This document shows positions 1-13,655 of a DNA stretch of 64,000 nucleotides, in pieces. The position numbers and the translations under genes were made by a program. The stretch is from Eledone cirrhosa (taxonomy: Eukaryota). The stretch is taken from positions 38,750,001 to 38,814,000 of the forward strand of contig OZ024747.1 of assembly GCA_964016885.1 (NCBI GenBank), in the 5' to 3' direction. The notes beneath the pieces were generated by a model. The model saw only the letters and a list, made by a program, of their open reading frames with translations, was not told the DNA's origin and did no database searches. Positions within the stretch are counted from its first letter, which is position 1. Each line of letters starts with the position of its first letter.

Positions 1-47
<47 letters not shown>

Positions 48-110
48 GTGTGTATATATATGTATGTGTGTGTATATGTATGAGTGTGTATATATATACG
101 AGTGTTGTGA

Positions 111-163
<53 letters not shown>

Positions 164-185
164 CGTGTATGTGTATATGTGTGTA

Positions 186-228
<43 letters not shown>

Positions 229-628
229 TTATGTGTGTATGTGTCTATGTATTTATATGTGTATATGTATGTGTCTCTATATGTATGCGTGTGTGTATGT
301 GTATGTGTATTTATATGGTATGTGTATGTATATGTATGTGTATGTATGTATTTATATATATGTGTATGTATATGTATGTATATGTATGTGTGTGTATGCG
401 TGTGTATTTATTTATATGTCTATATGTATGTATATCGATGTATACTTTATATTTTACTTGTTTGTGTATATATATATATGTGTGTGTATGTATATGTGTA
501 TATATATATATGTGTGTATATATGTGTGTGTATATATGTGTATATATATGTGTATATGTATATGTATGTGTGTATATATGTGTATATATATATGTATATG
601 TATATATGTGTGTGTGTGTGTATGTGTG

Positions 629-660
<32 letters not shown>
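1..660. repeat. (TA)n/(TG)n compound microsatellite
   Basis: Continuous alternating TA/TG dinucleotides; overlapping YIYI/CVCV ORFs are artefacts. Confidence 0.97.
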
Positions 661-664
<4 letters not shown>

Positions 665-1267
665 CTTGATATATTTCTTCTTTCTTTTTTCTTTTTCTTT
701 TCTTTTTATTTCTAAGTTTATAGATACATCTATAAATAGGCAGTCTGCCGAAACCGTTGAATACTGACCTCTCCCCCCCTCCCACCTAATTTCTGTATCC
801 TGATCTAAATATGTGTGGCAGTGTTTATGTGCGTGCATTAATATCCATATGCTTATGATAATACTATATGCACATATATATGTGTGTGGGGGTGTGTGTG
901 TGTATGTATGTTCGAAGTTATGTGTATGTTTATGCATATACGCGCGTGTGACGGTAAGTGTACGAATATGTGTGAGTATATGAATGTGTGTATACATTTA
1001 TTTCATATTTATGTGTCTATACGCATTTTATCTGTGGATTATAAACTTACAGAGACATTAGCCTTGAATTTTTGTATTTACATACATCTTTTTGGCATGC
1101 GTATGCATGTGAACATATATCTTTATGTAAATATGTGTACGAAGTTAATTATATGTATATACACACACCTAACTGCATAAATTTTTTTGTATTTTCATTG
1201 GTCAATTTGAACTCTGTTCCCAAACGGACCTGAAATTTTGAATTGTTGTTATTATCAATAAATATAT

Positions 1268-1422
1268 TTCATTATTTCTGAAGACGGCATATATATGTGT
1301 TTGGTATGTATATTTAATTTTGATAGTTTGTATAATTTTGTATAATTTTGTACATAGATCTGTTGAATATGCATGCCAATTCTAACACATATATATCCTA
1401 GAAACGATCGTTAAATAATGAA
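1268..1422 (+). ncRNA. Type I hammerhead ribozyme with very long stem II
   Basis: Stem I TTCATTATTT (1268-1277) pairs with AAATAATGAA (1413-1422). Core CTGAAGA 1278-1284. Stem II GG(C)ATATATATGTGTT/AACACATATATATCC with an ~80 nt loop. GAAAC-GATC-GTT at 1401-1412 (palindromic stem III, GUU triplet). Confidence 0.75.
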
Positions 1423-1616
1423 CTTTTTTTGTTTAATATAAGGAACTGTTTCATTGTTTTATTCATTATTTTTTTAATATTTTATCTTGACTCTGTATTC
1501 CGTTTATCTTTCACCGAAAGTGATTTTTCATTGCATCTCTTCTTTCCATGATATCCGGATTACATTGAATTCTTCATACGGATTGGACACTACCGTAAAC
1601 TCTTGGTAGATTTATT

Positions 1617-1883
<267 letters not shown>

Positions 1884-2620
1884 GTAAAAGATAAACAGAA
1901 ATAACAACGCAATCGGTACAGAATATGGAAGGTATATATTAGGTTAACGCTTGAAATTGCAGGAAGAGGGTCATAAATTTTCGGTCGTAGAAGAAGAAAG
2001 AATGGGAAATAAGATAGATTGAAGGGACGGGTGGGTGGAATTGGAAAATATGTCTTTAGATGAAAATAACAGGGCCGTTCATGTTGACACCTCTTGGAAA
2101 ACGTTTTGTGTATAATATATTTTTTTAGAACGTTTGTGATTTCAGATTTTAAAATACTTTTTGGTGATTGAAGGTTAGTGGTATCCAGGAAAACTAACAA
2201 ACACCTAGCTGTAGGCGTTACAACTGCCGCCGGATTTAATCGATTACTTAAACAATGTCACAACCTTTGGAATGGAATATAAAACATTAAAGTTTTCACA
2301 TTTTCACTGGCAAAACATTTATAAACCTACGGCTATAGGAGGAAACACATTCCCAATGTACACAACATTGTATCATTGTTGCAAGGTGAACTTCTCTATC
2401 GGAAAAATATGTCTGCACAAAAATATATGTTTTGCACAATGTTGCTAATATTTAAGCAATTTCTGGAACAATAATTATTTGATTTTTAAAAGAAATTTAA
2501 AACGAATATGTTTCGAATCAATGCCATCACAAGATTCGGTTCTTATAGGATTAGCTCAACTACACACGAATGCTGATTGGCTAAATAATCAATAAATTAC
2601 ATTAATATTTATAAGAATAG

Positions 2621-2700
2621 AAATAATTGTTTCTACTTTTGGCACAAGGCCAGCAATTATCCAGTGCATTACTGGTACTTTATTTTATCGACCCCGTAAG
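2621..2700 (-). mobile_element. SINE 3' fragment (same family as 24784 and 38207)
   Basis: Reverse complement contains CTTACGGGGTCGATAAAATAAAGTACCAGT...GTGCCAAAAGTAGAAACAATTATT, shared with the other copies in the window. Confidence 0.75.
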
Positions 2701-3327
2701 AATAGAAATAATGCTGGTTGAATATATTATAGTATAGTTGTATGAATGCGTCAATATTTACTAAGTATTTACCAATATAGAGAAAATGCATTTATTCTTT
2801 AACAGTTACGACTTGACAAAGTGAAATAAGCACCTCAGAATCAATATGGCAAACGTGCTTGATTGAACCACCAGTTTAGCAATTGGGCCTCATGTATTAA
2901 TGTTATTATTATTAATATTAAAAATAAGGTTTTCTCGAGTATAAAGAATTGATGTGGGTGTGTATAAGATTTCATAGAATAATGAGAAAAACTCAAAGCA
3001 AAGATAGCTGTTAATACAGCAAAATGCTGTCAATGACGGCGTCGGTTAAAAGGACACAAATCAGCGGCTAAAAATATATTGGCCCGCTGAAGTGATATGA
3101 AGAGAGAAGCAAAGGAAGAATATGAACGCGGGAAGATCACACATACATCATTTCACCTCTTCATCTCTCATATAAAATGTCATTTCGCACGATTTAACTT
3201 GAGAGACATGTATAAAATTGCCACGACCTTTCTAACGCCTATTTAATATCGAGCGGACGCATCCTACATTTATCTTTCTGATTTATCTTTAAGTCTATCT
3301 AACAACAACAACAAAAACAACGATAAT

Positions 3328-3376
<49 letters not shown>

Positions 3377-3415
3377 TTTTCTTTATTAACCACAAGGGTT
3401 TACATAAAGTAGACA

Positions 3416-6400
3416 TTAAGGACAGTACAGGACAATACAGGACGGTACAAATGGGCATTTCTGCGTGTAAAAAAAACAGAGGATGTAATAAAATAACAAA
3501 GAAAAATTCCCCAATAGGGGGGAGACTTCGGAGGGACATTTGTGGAGAAAGCCAATTAAAAGACCACAGTGACCCTGACCACCAGGGCAAGTGCCCTCGC
3601 CCAGTTTTCCACCTTTAATTTTCAGACACATACTCAGAGTAGGCCCATTCATTCGGGCCATACTTGCTTCTCTCACCCATCTTTCAACAAAATGCTGGGA
3701 AGAGAGCACTTCCCTCTCTACCCTGATTTTCCTTTTCAAATGAAATTTGAAAAAGTTAATCAGGGCATCACCGAAGTGGTACGTGCTTGTCTTCAGCCCT
3801 TTCAAACGTGTCCACCATACTATCTCTTTCGCCATGGCCACCAGACAGATAAAAACTGCCAACCCTTCCCGGCTAAAGGAAGAGGGCGGGGCAATCCTCA
3901 CGATGGACTCAGCTGATAGCTGGATCCGTCCTACACGTGACAGCAGGTGTTCGACATAAACCCACAAGTCAGCGATGCTCGGACACTGGACGAGTGCGTG
4001 CAGGACGGTTTCGTCGCCCTGCGCGCATCTCGGACATGCCCGGCTGACGGCACCTCCATGCCTGTAGAGTTTATCCCGAAATGGCAAAGCACCCCGGTAG
4101 CACTGCCAGGCCAGGGATTTCTGGAAGTTGTCCATAGGCCCCGGCCCGAAAGTCCTTCCGAAGAGATTGGCTAGTTGATTTTCGTCGACGCCTAGAGTTT
4201 CTCCAAGTACGTCGTCGCTCTGCCCCTCCACTAATCCTCTATAGAACGCCAAGGTAGAGTTTGCACCGATCACATTGCCCAATTGGTCGAGTGCTGTGAG
4301 CGCCTGAAGACATTTCAGTCTGCAAGCGCTCCCTCTCGTTCTTTGCTTGACCCAGGACTGAAGCTCCGTCAAGGAGACGAGCTGGGGAAAGAGGTGTCTA
4401 GCAAACAGCGACCACCCCTGATCACTGTCGAGGAATAGGTGGAGATGTCATAGCTTGAACGCGTGTCTGCGCATTATCAGCCACGGCAAGCCCAGCCCTC
4501 CATGTAGCGGGTGTTGACAGCAGATGGACCGCATGACCATCGAAGCGCGTCCCTTCCACAAAAAGCGAAAGAGCAAACGCTCCAGCTCAGTCAGGAGGTA
4601 GTAGATGACGGACGCGATGTACGGGTTAGCCACCTCCGCTCGATCTTTTAGGGATAGCTTCCTCTCCGCCCATATCTGAGTGAGAGAAGCCACCGTGCTC
4701 GTCACCTCGTCCCAGTTTTTGTCCATCTGGAGGTCCGGACCGAACCAGACCCCTAGCAATTTAACCGGTCCGTCCGTCCAGCGCCCGACGACGGTGTTGG
4801 ACGGCATGGACCTGCCTCTCCAGGTGCCGAGCTGCAGGCCCACTGACTTTTCCTGGTTGATCATTGCTCCTGTCACCGCTTCGTATTCTCTTAGTGTAGT
4901 GCCGATCGCCTCGATGTCTTTGGCGTTCGACACCACTACGGTGACATCGTGCGCATATGCTGACACGGATCTTCCGCATCCTAGTTCACGCGGGACCACC
5001 CTCAACGTCTCCAGTTTGTGTAGTAATAGCTCGCGAGTCAATACGTACAAGAGGGACGATAGGGGACATACTTGGCGGACCGAGCGCATGATGTTGAACG
5101 GGTACGAAAGGTGTCCGTTCACTCTCACTACAGAGCAGATGTCGCTGTGCATGGCAGCCATCCAGCCTCTGAAGACGGGCCCAAAGCCCGCCGCCCTCAG
5201 GACAGCCGCTAGGTAACGATGGCCGACCCTATCGAAATCTTTCGACTGATCTAAATTTATCAAGGACCCTCCCGTGCCAGGTTCCCTAGCTCCCCTCTCT
5301 ACGATGTATCGCATGAGGTGGAGGTTGTCGTGGGTGGATCTGTCGGGAATGGCGCATGTCTGCGCCTGTCCCACCAGACCACCACCAGCAAGCGCCAACC
5401 TCTTTGCTAGCACCTTGGCCAAAATCTTGAACACTGTGTTTATCAGAGTTATGGGCCTACAATTATCTATGTTATCCCCCTTGTTCGGATCCTTTCTCAG
5501 CAGCGCCACCACTCCTAGCTCACAGAGCTAGAAATTCTCCCGTTCTGTTGCCAGTTGCAGTAGAAACCGGCAAGAGGCCTCCGAACAAGTCTGGCATTTG
5601 TACGTAAAGTTCATAGAGCAGACCATCCAAACCAGGCGATTTACCCCTTGTGCAGCCAGTCATTGTCTCCCGTACTTCAGCGGCTGTTATCGGCTTTTCG
5701 CAACGCTCCGCCTCAGTGGCCGAGAGCCGCGGCAGTCTGTCGAGGTAGACACTAAAGTCCATCCTTCGATCCGGCCCGCCGCTTCCCCCGAACATTTGAC
5801 CGAAGTGTCGCTCAAAAGGTTCACACATTTGCCCGGGATCGAGTAGCATGCGCCCGTCGTTGTCCACCAAAGACAGGATCGTGGCGTTGTTTCCACGACG
5901 CGCCTCCACCACGGCTTTCGTCATCCCCTGTCTGATAGCACGCACCCTAGCTCTGACAACGCAGCCTTCGTGCTTTGCATTGAAGAATCGGTCAAGGGCC
6001 AATTTCGCAGCAAGTACGTCGGTCGCGATGCCTTTGCTAAGCGCCTCGTCTAATTTTCTAACTAGTCCTCCCTCTGCTCTATTTTTCTCTATAGGTAAAA
6101 TCTTACTAAACCTAATGGACTCTATTCTCATTCGCTCTTTTCAGAGCAAACCACCACTTGTTGTTGATGATGGCCCCCGTCAACGCTCGCTTAACTAGTT
6201 CGCTAATCCGGTCTCTGTAGGCCTTGCGCGCTGGTAAGGACGCGTTTAGCTTCCAGTAGCCGGGTCCTCGTCTATGAAGCCTATCTAAATCAAGCACACA
6301 GATCACGAATTTGTGGTCCGTGTAACTGAATATCTTGAATTGTGGACAGCTTATGCTGGACCTATCTATTTCCCTACAAAATACTCTATCTAGATATGAT

Positions 6401-6903
6401 CTGGATGACTCTATGCGATTTGTCCAAGTCCACATTGGCACATTTGGGAAATCCAATCGGTACCTGTCAGACAGTTCACAACGCCTGAGCAGGTTGGTGA
6501 GGCTCTTGGTCACCCAGTAACACCAAAAAGCGGGACGTTCCAAGAAAGGTCTCCATAGGCCGGAAGAAATCAGGCCGCCCTGCTCTCTCGGGGCATAGAC
6601 GGCCACTAGCCCTGAAAGCTTGCCCGTCTCCGTGGGTCACCTCCAGCACCACCAACTTACACTCTGGGTCCAGGAAGATGGCCCGTATGGCTAGATCCAA
6701 ACCTCTCCAAAAAAGCACAGCAACTCCGCCCCCTGATCGTAGCCGCCAAAGATCGGTGCGGAGGTCCTTGCTTCGGAGATTCTGGTCTCGCTGATGGCCA
6801 CTACATCGATGTTTAGTGACCTGAGGTCGTTGATCAGGTGGCCCTGCTTCCGTGACAACCCCAGGCCACGCGCATTTATGCTGCCTATTCTGAGTGAAGT
6901 CAT
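3416..6903 (-). pseudogene. Tx1 ORF2 (APE endonuclease-reverse transcriptase-CCHC), frameshifted
   Basis: Fragments MTSLRIGSINARGL, YLDRVF, SYTDH, KSPGLDG, RPITLIN, LDQSKDFDRV, AYAHD (degenerate YADD) and CPRC..ETVLHALVQC, spread over five or more frames. Confidence 0.92.
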
Positions 6904-7013
6904 GTTGAAATGGAGTGGAAAAGATGGGAAACACCACTTACTTTACTTCTCGTAGAGGAAGGATGGTTTCTCCATCATTTTCACTGCTTGTGGCCTCCTC
7001 CGGAAGGATTTCC

Positions 7014-8854
7014 TTATAAATCCTCCTGGAGAGTGCTTGTCGGAAGTCTCCGATGTCTTTGGGGAATTTTTGTTTTAGTGTCGTGTACGTTTTCTGTATG
7101 ATGCGAGTGATTTATATGTGTGGAGGTGGTGTGAACTTTTGGGTTGTTGTGTAGTCTTTTTCTGTGATGCTGGTGTTGTGTTGGATGTAGTATAATAATT
7201 GGTTGTTGTTCAAATTTAATGGTGTGTAGTGTGTATCGTTTTGGTTGTTTTGTTTTGTTTGCGTTTGTTGTGGGTTTGTTTCTGTTTCGCATTTTGGTGA
7301 CTTTTGTGGTGTTGGTGATGGTGGTGTTGGGGTTAATGATGGTGATGGTGTTGGTGTTTGTGGTGATGGGGTTGTGGATGCTGGCATAGCTGTCCTAACA
7401 TTTTTGTTTGATAGTTTATTTGTTTCCCTCTGTATTTTGTTTTTGGAGGGGGAAGGAAGGGGATTTTTTTCTTGTGGTGTCTCTTTTTCTTTTTTCTCTT
7501 TTCCTGATACCGTTTCCCTCTCCTCGTCGTAACAATCTGTCTCCAGTTGCCATAGGTCGGGGAGTGGAAAATCCTCCACAAGCGTTGGTTTTGGTTGTGG
7601 CGTGGTGGATCGTGTAGGCGCTGGTGCTAGTTCTGGCGGATTGGGTGGTAGTGGTATTGGTTTTGCAATTGTTGGTGGGGTTGTTGCTGTTACAGTTGCT
7701 TCTGTTGTTGCTGCCATTTCTACTGCTGGTGGTGTTGATGGTTGAGTCACTGAGGTGGGTAAGAGAGGTGGCCTCAACCTTTTAGCCGAGAGCAGAAACC
7801 CTTAGGTGGATTCCTTCACCACAAACGACACACTAGGCCTTCTGCCCTTGACGATTACGGTGAGGTGGCTACCGTCAGTGAGGTCTATTACCTCTGGGAT
7901 CTCCTCAATGCTTTTTTGGTCCGCTTTGATCAGGAGCTCCATCCCAGATCCGGACCAGTTCTCCTGCTTTTCTTTCGCTATTTCTATTATCCTGGTGTTG
8001 CCCTCGATGCCGGCGAGGCGAGGACGGCAGCCAGTAGCCAGGGAATTGCGATGGCCGGTGGAACGTAGGTCACCCTGATCTTCACGAGTCTCTGGCGACA
8101 AAAGATTGGTACGAGTGTGAAGTCGTCACTTCTTGATGGGGCCATGGAGTGTTCGCTGGCCCCCTGTGGTGTCTCAAAGAACACGTCCTCGGTTCCATAT
8201 TTCTGCCCACGTCTGATGTGGGTTTTTTTGCCCACACATGTGCCAAAGCTTTTTGGAATTTTGACTCGGATGCCCGTTCCACTCGGCGCGATTTTATGTT
8301 AATCGTCCCATAAGACACGGTGCATAGGCGCCGATGCTCAATTTTATTAGGTGTGTGAGGGGGGGGGGGGCTGACCCTGTACCCATCTCTCTTTACCATT
8401 CTCTTGGCTTCATCTAATTCCTTCTGAGTTACCTGGATTGCTTCGCACTTTTTTGCTACTCTGGCAAAAGACAGGGTGGTTTTCTTATTCTCATTGTTGT
8501 TGTTTCTGTTGTTGTTAGCGTTATTTTTGTTATTGTTATTTTTAGAGACAGTTGTGGTGGTGGTGGCGTCAGTGGTGTTCGGTGTGGAAGAGTTCATTCT
8601 GTGTGAATCCATTTTGATGTCACGAGATAATTTATTTGTTCCTTTTGTTTCTGTTGTCGCTGTTGTGATGGTGGGGTGGCGGCAACAACACCTGGAGTCA
8701 TTGGTAATGGCGGGAAATGAATGTCTGCATGAAGCAAATTTAAATTATTGCTACTGCTTATATTTTTAGTGTTGGCAAACGTAGTAATATTTACAATGGT
8801 GGTGTCGGTGTGAGGTGTTAGTTTGTGCGGAAGGTGTGACTGTGAATCGTCCAT
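7014..8854 (-). pseudogene. Tx1 ORF1 (gag-like), frameshifted
   Basis: Fragments homologous to the intact ORF1 of copy B (SFARVAK, ELDEAKRMV, KSRRVERA, IPEVID, VKGRRP), plus a Pro/Thr-rich tail. Confidence 0.8.
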
Positions 8855-9350
8855 GATTTTTTTTCAAAGAAATATTTTGTTTGATAATTATAAAAGTTTA
8901 AATTTTGGGCTCAAGGCCCCAATCTTTTTGAGTGTCCTTTTCCGAAAGCAAATTTTGTGACCTTATAAATAGTTAACAACAAATATTTTCCATAAATGGC
9001 AATTTTAACAAACCTTTGCGGAGTTCACGATGATACGATTTCCTACGTAGGTCGCCAATAATAATAATATAAATAAAAACAATAATAATAATAACATTCT
9101 GTTAACTTACGAAAGGGGAAGGTGGCGGTATCACTAGACAATATTAATAAATAATATTAATATTTAATTTTGGATCAGGAATGTTAGAGTCGAAAAGGAG
9201 AAAAATGGCAAAATGACTAAATAGCTAAATAGCTAAAGATAATTTCACCACCAACATCGCCACTACCACGTTAAGAACACTGGTCAAGTTGCCTCGGCCG
9301 CTATTTCTACTCCAACTTCAACACCATCGCTACAGTACTACGATCACATC

Positions 9351-9490
9351 ACCACCGCCACTGCCTCATTATCGCTGCCGCCGCTATTCTCTCCCACTGC
9401 CTCCTGCTAGGTACTACTAGCACAGCATCGCCACCACCACCACCGCCACTGCCTCATTATCATTGCCGCCGCTATTCTCTCCCACTAGCC
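9351..9490. repeat. Short direct repeat (~50 bp, two copies) within a degenerate interspersed repeat
   Basis: ACCACCGCCACTGCCTCATTATC(G/A)(C/T)TGCCGCCGCTATTCTCTCCCACT occurs twice. The motif GGAAGGTG(G/T)CGGTA(T/A)CACTAGACAA near 9115 recurs near 23820. Confidence 0.7.
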
Positions 9491-9859
9491 CCTGCTATAT
9501 CGTAGTGTCCCCACTAAAAGAGGAAGGCATCAAAATATATAAATAAAATGAATTGATGACCCGTTCAAAGTCAAAACGCCAAAAATCAAAATCAAAGCAG
9601 CACAGCAACATCGAAAAACGTAAAGAAAAGAAAAATGAAGAGAAAAACAAACAGACGGACAGAGAAGGGAAGAGAAAAACTAAGTCAGATATTCAAACAT
9701 TACATTACAATGAAACTTATGCTTATTCATTTTTTGTTTTTATTTTGCCTGTTTGTTTGTTTATTTATGTTCGTCTACAGCGTGATAATGCCACACCAAA
9801 ATCACCGGGAGTGACGAAATCACCGGGGGTGATGAAATCATCGGTGGTTATGTAACCAT

Positions 9860-12800
9860 ACATTCGCCAATCCTCGATAAGAGTGTTTAAATATCGAACC
9901 TAAACAGTTCGAATAACGGGGAAATGGAGACTAGAATGTCATGTGACAGACGCTCACCCGACAGGTGCTCCCTGGCTCAGCAGCAGGGACCTGGCTGTCA
10001 ACCAAATACTGCTGGTGTCGGAGGAAAAAGAAGAAGGAAAGGGACCAGAACCAACTGGATGAAAGAATTGAATATAAATGTTATGCAATGTTACCTGAAG
10101 AGTAACCCCAAGAAGAAAGGCTATAGGAAACGGATGCATAACATCTGGAACGAGATTGGTCTGTTTAAATTAGATGAACAAAAATTGGCCGGGCAGGCTC
10201 GGGTAATAAGAACTAATGGGTGGATAAGCGAGCTGGAACTGGAGGAACTGAGGAGAGAGATTAGCTTGGAAATGGAGAGTGGAGTATGCCAGGCAAACGA
10301 GCCAGTGGGAAATGAGGGTGAGGAGGTCGAGAAAACGGAGAAACTACCCGAAGCAGACAATGATCTGAATGCTGAGATAAATAATACCTGGAACAGAGAT
10401 ACGGACAAGATTTGGTTGATATCCTAAACTTAGTGGGAGATGAATTGAACAATGATAGTGGGAAACCTATGAACCTAAGATTTGTAGACAGGAAAAATTT
10501 AAAAGAAACAACAGCTAAGGTAAACAAAGTCATCCCATACCTTGAGGCGAGGAGCCTTCACCAGTGCAACAATATCCTTAAAGCAACAGCAAATACGGTG
10601 AGGAAACTACTTGGTATAAAAGCGAGAGGAAACAACGAACAAGAAAGATCGGAGCCTTGGTGGAAGAAACGACTGAGTGGTCAAATCAGGGAAATGAGAA
10701 ATGACATTGGAAAGCTTGAGTCACTACTGAATGGGACACTAAAAAACATAGGCACTAAAAATAGACTGGAAATAAAGTACAAAACTAGGAGGTAAAAGCT
10801 AAATATTATCATAGAGGAACTGAAGCAACGCATTGTAGCAAAGAGTGCAAAAATCAGGCGATACGAGAACATAGTCAGTCAGTATAGACAGAACCGCATG
10901 TTCGACAACAACCAGAAGATGCTGTTTGGACATCTTGAAGGGAAAGAAAGAGGCAACGACTTGATCCCTGAGGCAGAACAAACTAAAACATTCTGGAGAG
11001 GAATATGGGAGCAGGATGTTAAACATAATGACCAGGCAGTGTGGATTAAGACAGTACAGCAGGAGATTAGTGAACAGGCACACCAACAAACTGATTTGAG
11101 TATCACAGTTGAATCTCTTAAGGGGCAGGCCAAAAAACTAACCAACTGGAAATCACCAGGCCCAGATGGTGTATTGGATTAAAAATATAACATCTCTCCA
11201 CCCGAAACTGACAACCATGTTCAATGACTGCTTGATGTCCGGTGAGGTACCAGAGTGGTTGACAAAAGGTACCACAGTTCTGATAATGAAAGACCGAATC
11301 AAGGGTAATGATGTTACCAACTATAGACCTATCACATGTCTGTCCGTAATGTGGAAATGACAAGCATTATGTCTGAGGAAATCTACCATCACCTCCACAC
11401 GAACAACTTGTTACCGGACGGACGGAAAGGATGCCGAAAGAAGGCACGTGGTACAAAGGACCAGTTACTTATTGATAAGATGGTAATGAGGAATTGCAAG
11501 AGGAGACACACTGGTCTTGCCATGGGATGGATACACTACAAAAAGGCATTTGACCTGGTGCGCCATTCTTGGATCACCAAAAGCCTGGAGATCTTCAAGG
11601 TGGCAGATAACATCAGACAGTTGTTGGGCAAAAGTATGAAGTCCTGGGAAACAGAGTTAACATCAACTGGAGAATCCTTGGGAAGCGTGTAGATAAAGAG
11701 AGGTATCTTCCAGGGAGATAGTCTGTCCCCTCTGTTGTTTGTCCTTGCCCTGATGCACCTGACCAGTGTACTGCGAAAAGTGAGAGCAGGATACAGGTTG
11801 GGAAAGGGAGGGCTTACCATCAATCACCTCCTCTTCATGGACGATCTTAAGCTCTTCGGGAAGAGTGAGAAGCAGTTGGATGTGCTTGTTGACACTGTCC
11901 GTATTTTCAGCAATGATATATTTATGCAATTTGGTATTAGTAAGTGTGGAGTCCTTGTGATGAAGAGGGGTAATTTGAGCAGAAGTAAGGGAATCCAGGT
12001 ACCAACAGGTGAGATGATAAAGGAAATTTAGACTGAAGAAGGATGCTGGTATTTGGGTGTTCTGGAGGCTGATGACATCAAGAACAAAAAAATGAAGGAA
12101 TTGATACGATCTGAATACATTCGGAGAGTAAGGAGCGTATTAAAGTCACACCTGAACAGTAGGAATGCCATAAGCGCAGTAAATTCCCGAGCTGTGTCTA
12201 TTATTAGGTACAGTGCGAGAATTGTGAGATGGAATGTTGCTGAACAAAAAGAAATAGATAGGAAGATTAGGAAGCTATTGACTATCTACAACATGTTCCA
12301 CAAGAGGAGTGATGTCGATAGACTCTACTTAAGTAGATCTGAAGGTGGAAGAGGTCTTATCAGCATAGAGGACTGTGTTCAGATGGAGAAAAACAACCTA
12401 CACAAATACGTGACTGATAGTAAGGAGCCAATGCTCAGAACTGTACTGAAGGAGGGGACAATAGACCAGGGGATGTCCAAGGAGGAAATAACATCAAGGA
12501 GAAAGAGCAGCCTTCAGAAAAAATCCCTTCATAGTACCTTCTTTGAGAAAACTGAATTCAGAGATCCACAGACATGCAACTGGTTAAAAAGAGGAGAACT
12601 TAAAAAGGCTACAGAAGGAATGCTAATGGCTGCGCAAGAGCAGGCACTCAAAACGAAGTGGGTGAAACACCATATTTACATGGAGGAGGCTATGCCACTG
12701 TGCATGATCTGTGGAGAGAGAGGAGACTGTGGCTCACATTGTATCCGAGTGTAAACACCTAGCCCAGACTCACTATAAAGGCTGGAGACAAGATGTGATG

Positions 12801-13350
12801 GGCAGGATGATCCACTGGCACATATGCAAGGTAAACAATTTACCACATTCTGGGAAGTGGTATGAGCATAAGCCAGAGTCGGTGATAGAAAACGATCAGG
12901 TGAAGGTGGTATGAGATTTTTGGATACAGACGGACAAGAAACTGGATCACAATAGGCCGGACGTGGTGGTTTTGGACAAGGAAAAAAGATCGTGTCTGAT
13001 TGTAGATGTAGCCTGCCCATTTGACACGAGATTGCAAGAAAAGGAGAGGGAGAAAATTAACCGATACCTGGACTTAAAGTGGGAGGTAAAAAGGATTTGG
13101 AACTGCCATGAAGTCAGAGTCGTCCCGATTACCATAGGCGCACTAGGTTCTATCTCAAAGAGTTTCCAAGGATGGTTAAAGAAAGTTAGTCCAGCCCTGA
13201 TTTTTGGAACACCTCAAAAGGCATGCTTGCTGGGAACAGTAAGAACGCTCCGATACGTCCTGAATATCTGAGGCTGCAGGTAGCGGCTTGATATTCATTT
13301 CAACAAACTTTCCAGTTAAATAACGTCAATGACTGAGACTCAAAGAACAA
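9860..13350 (+). mobile_element. R4/Dong-clade non-LTR retrotransposon (RT + restriction-like endonuclease), near full-length, degenerate
   Basis: Frameshifted single ORF 9924-13271: KSPGPDG, NYRPITCL, YKKAFDLV, GIFQGDSLSP, HLLFMDDLKLF, RSEGGRGL, CMIC..ETVAHIVSEC, RPDVVV..IVDVACP..EKINRY. Ends in (AAT)n. Confidence 0.92.
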
Positions 13351-13351
13351 C

Positions 13352-13394
<43 letters not shown>

Positions 13395-13655
13395 TTTTCT
13401 TTATTAACCACAAGGGTTCACATAAAGTAGACCTTAAGGACAGTACAGGACAATACAGGACGGTACAAATGGGCATTTCTGCGTGTAAAAAAACAAAAAC
13501 AGAGGATGTAACAAAAATAACAATGAAAATAACAATGAAAAATTCCCCAATAGGGGGGAGACTTCGGAGGGACATTTGTGGAGAAAGCCCAGTAAAAAGC
13601 CACAATGACCCTGACCACCAAGGCAAGTGCCCTCTCCCAGTTTTCCACCTTTAAT

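Larger units (their letters stand above)
3376..9056 (-). mobile_element. Tx1/L1-clade LINE, full-length but degenerate (copy A)
   Basis: ORF1 plus APE-RT ORF2 fragments. Flanked by (AAT)n on both sides (3324-3375 and 9057 onward). 3' UTR nearly identical to copy B. Confidence 0.92.

Noticed and set aside
722-770. GGCAG-T-CTGCC-GAAACCGTTG hammerhead-like 3' half
   Set aside because: No recognisable CUGANGA core or stem I; at best a decayed remnant.
50-1180. Long ORFs rich in YI/CV/HT repeats (also near 28.2, 35.2, 36.1, 40.1, 50.5 and 56.8 kb)
   Set aside because: They are translations of TA/TG/CA/TC microsatellites, which lack stop codons.
2500-2555. Minus-strand GAATC..GATTC-GAAACATAT hammerhead-like motif
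   Set aside because: Core and stem I are too degenerate to call.
9798-9850. Three 18 bp repeats (AAATCACCGGGAGTGACG-like) as a CRISPR-like array
   Set aside because: Head-to-tail minisatellite with no spacers, in a eukaryotic context with no cas genes.
9860-9925. Possible HDV-like ribozyme at the Dong 5' end (ACATTC/GAGTGT, TCCTCG, CGAAC/GTTCG)
   Set aside because: P1.1 GG, P2/P3 pairing and the catalytic C cannot be placed; a family consensus would be needed.
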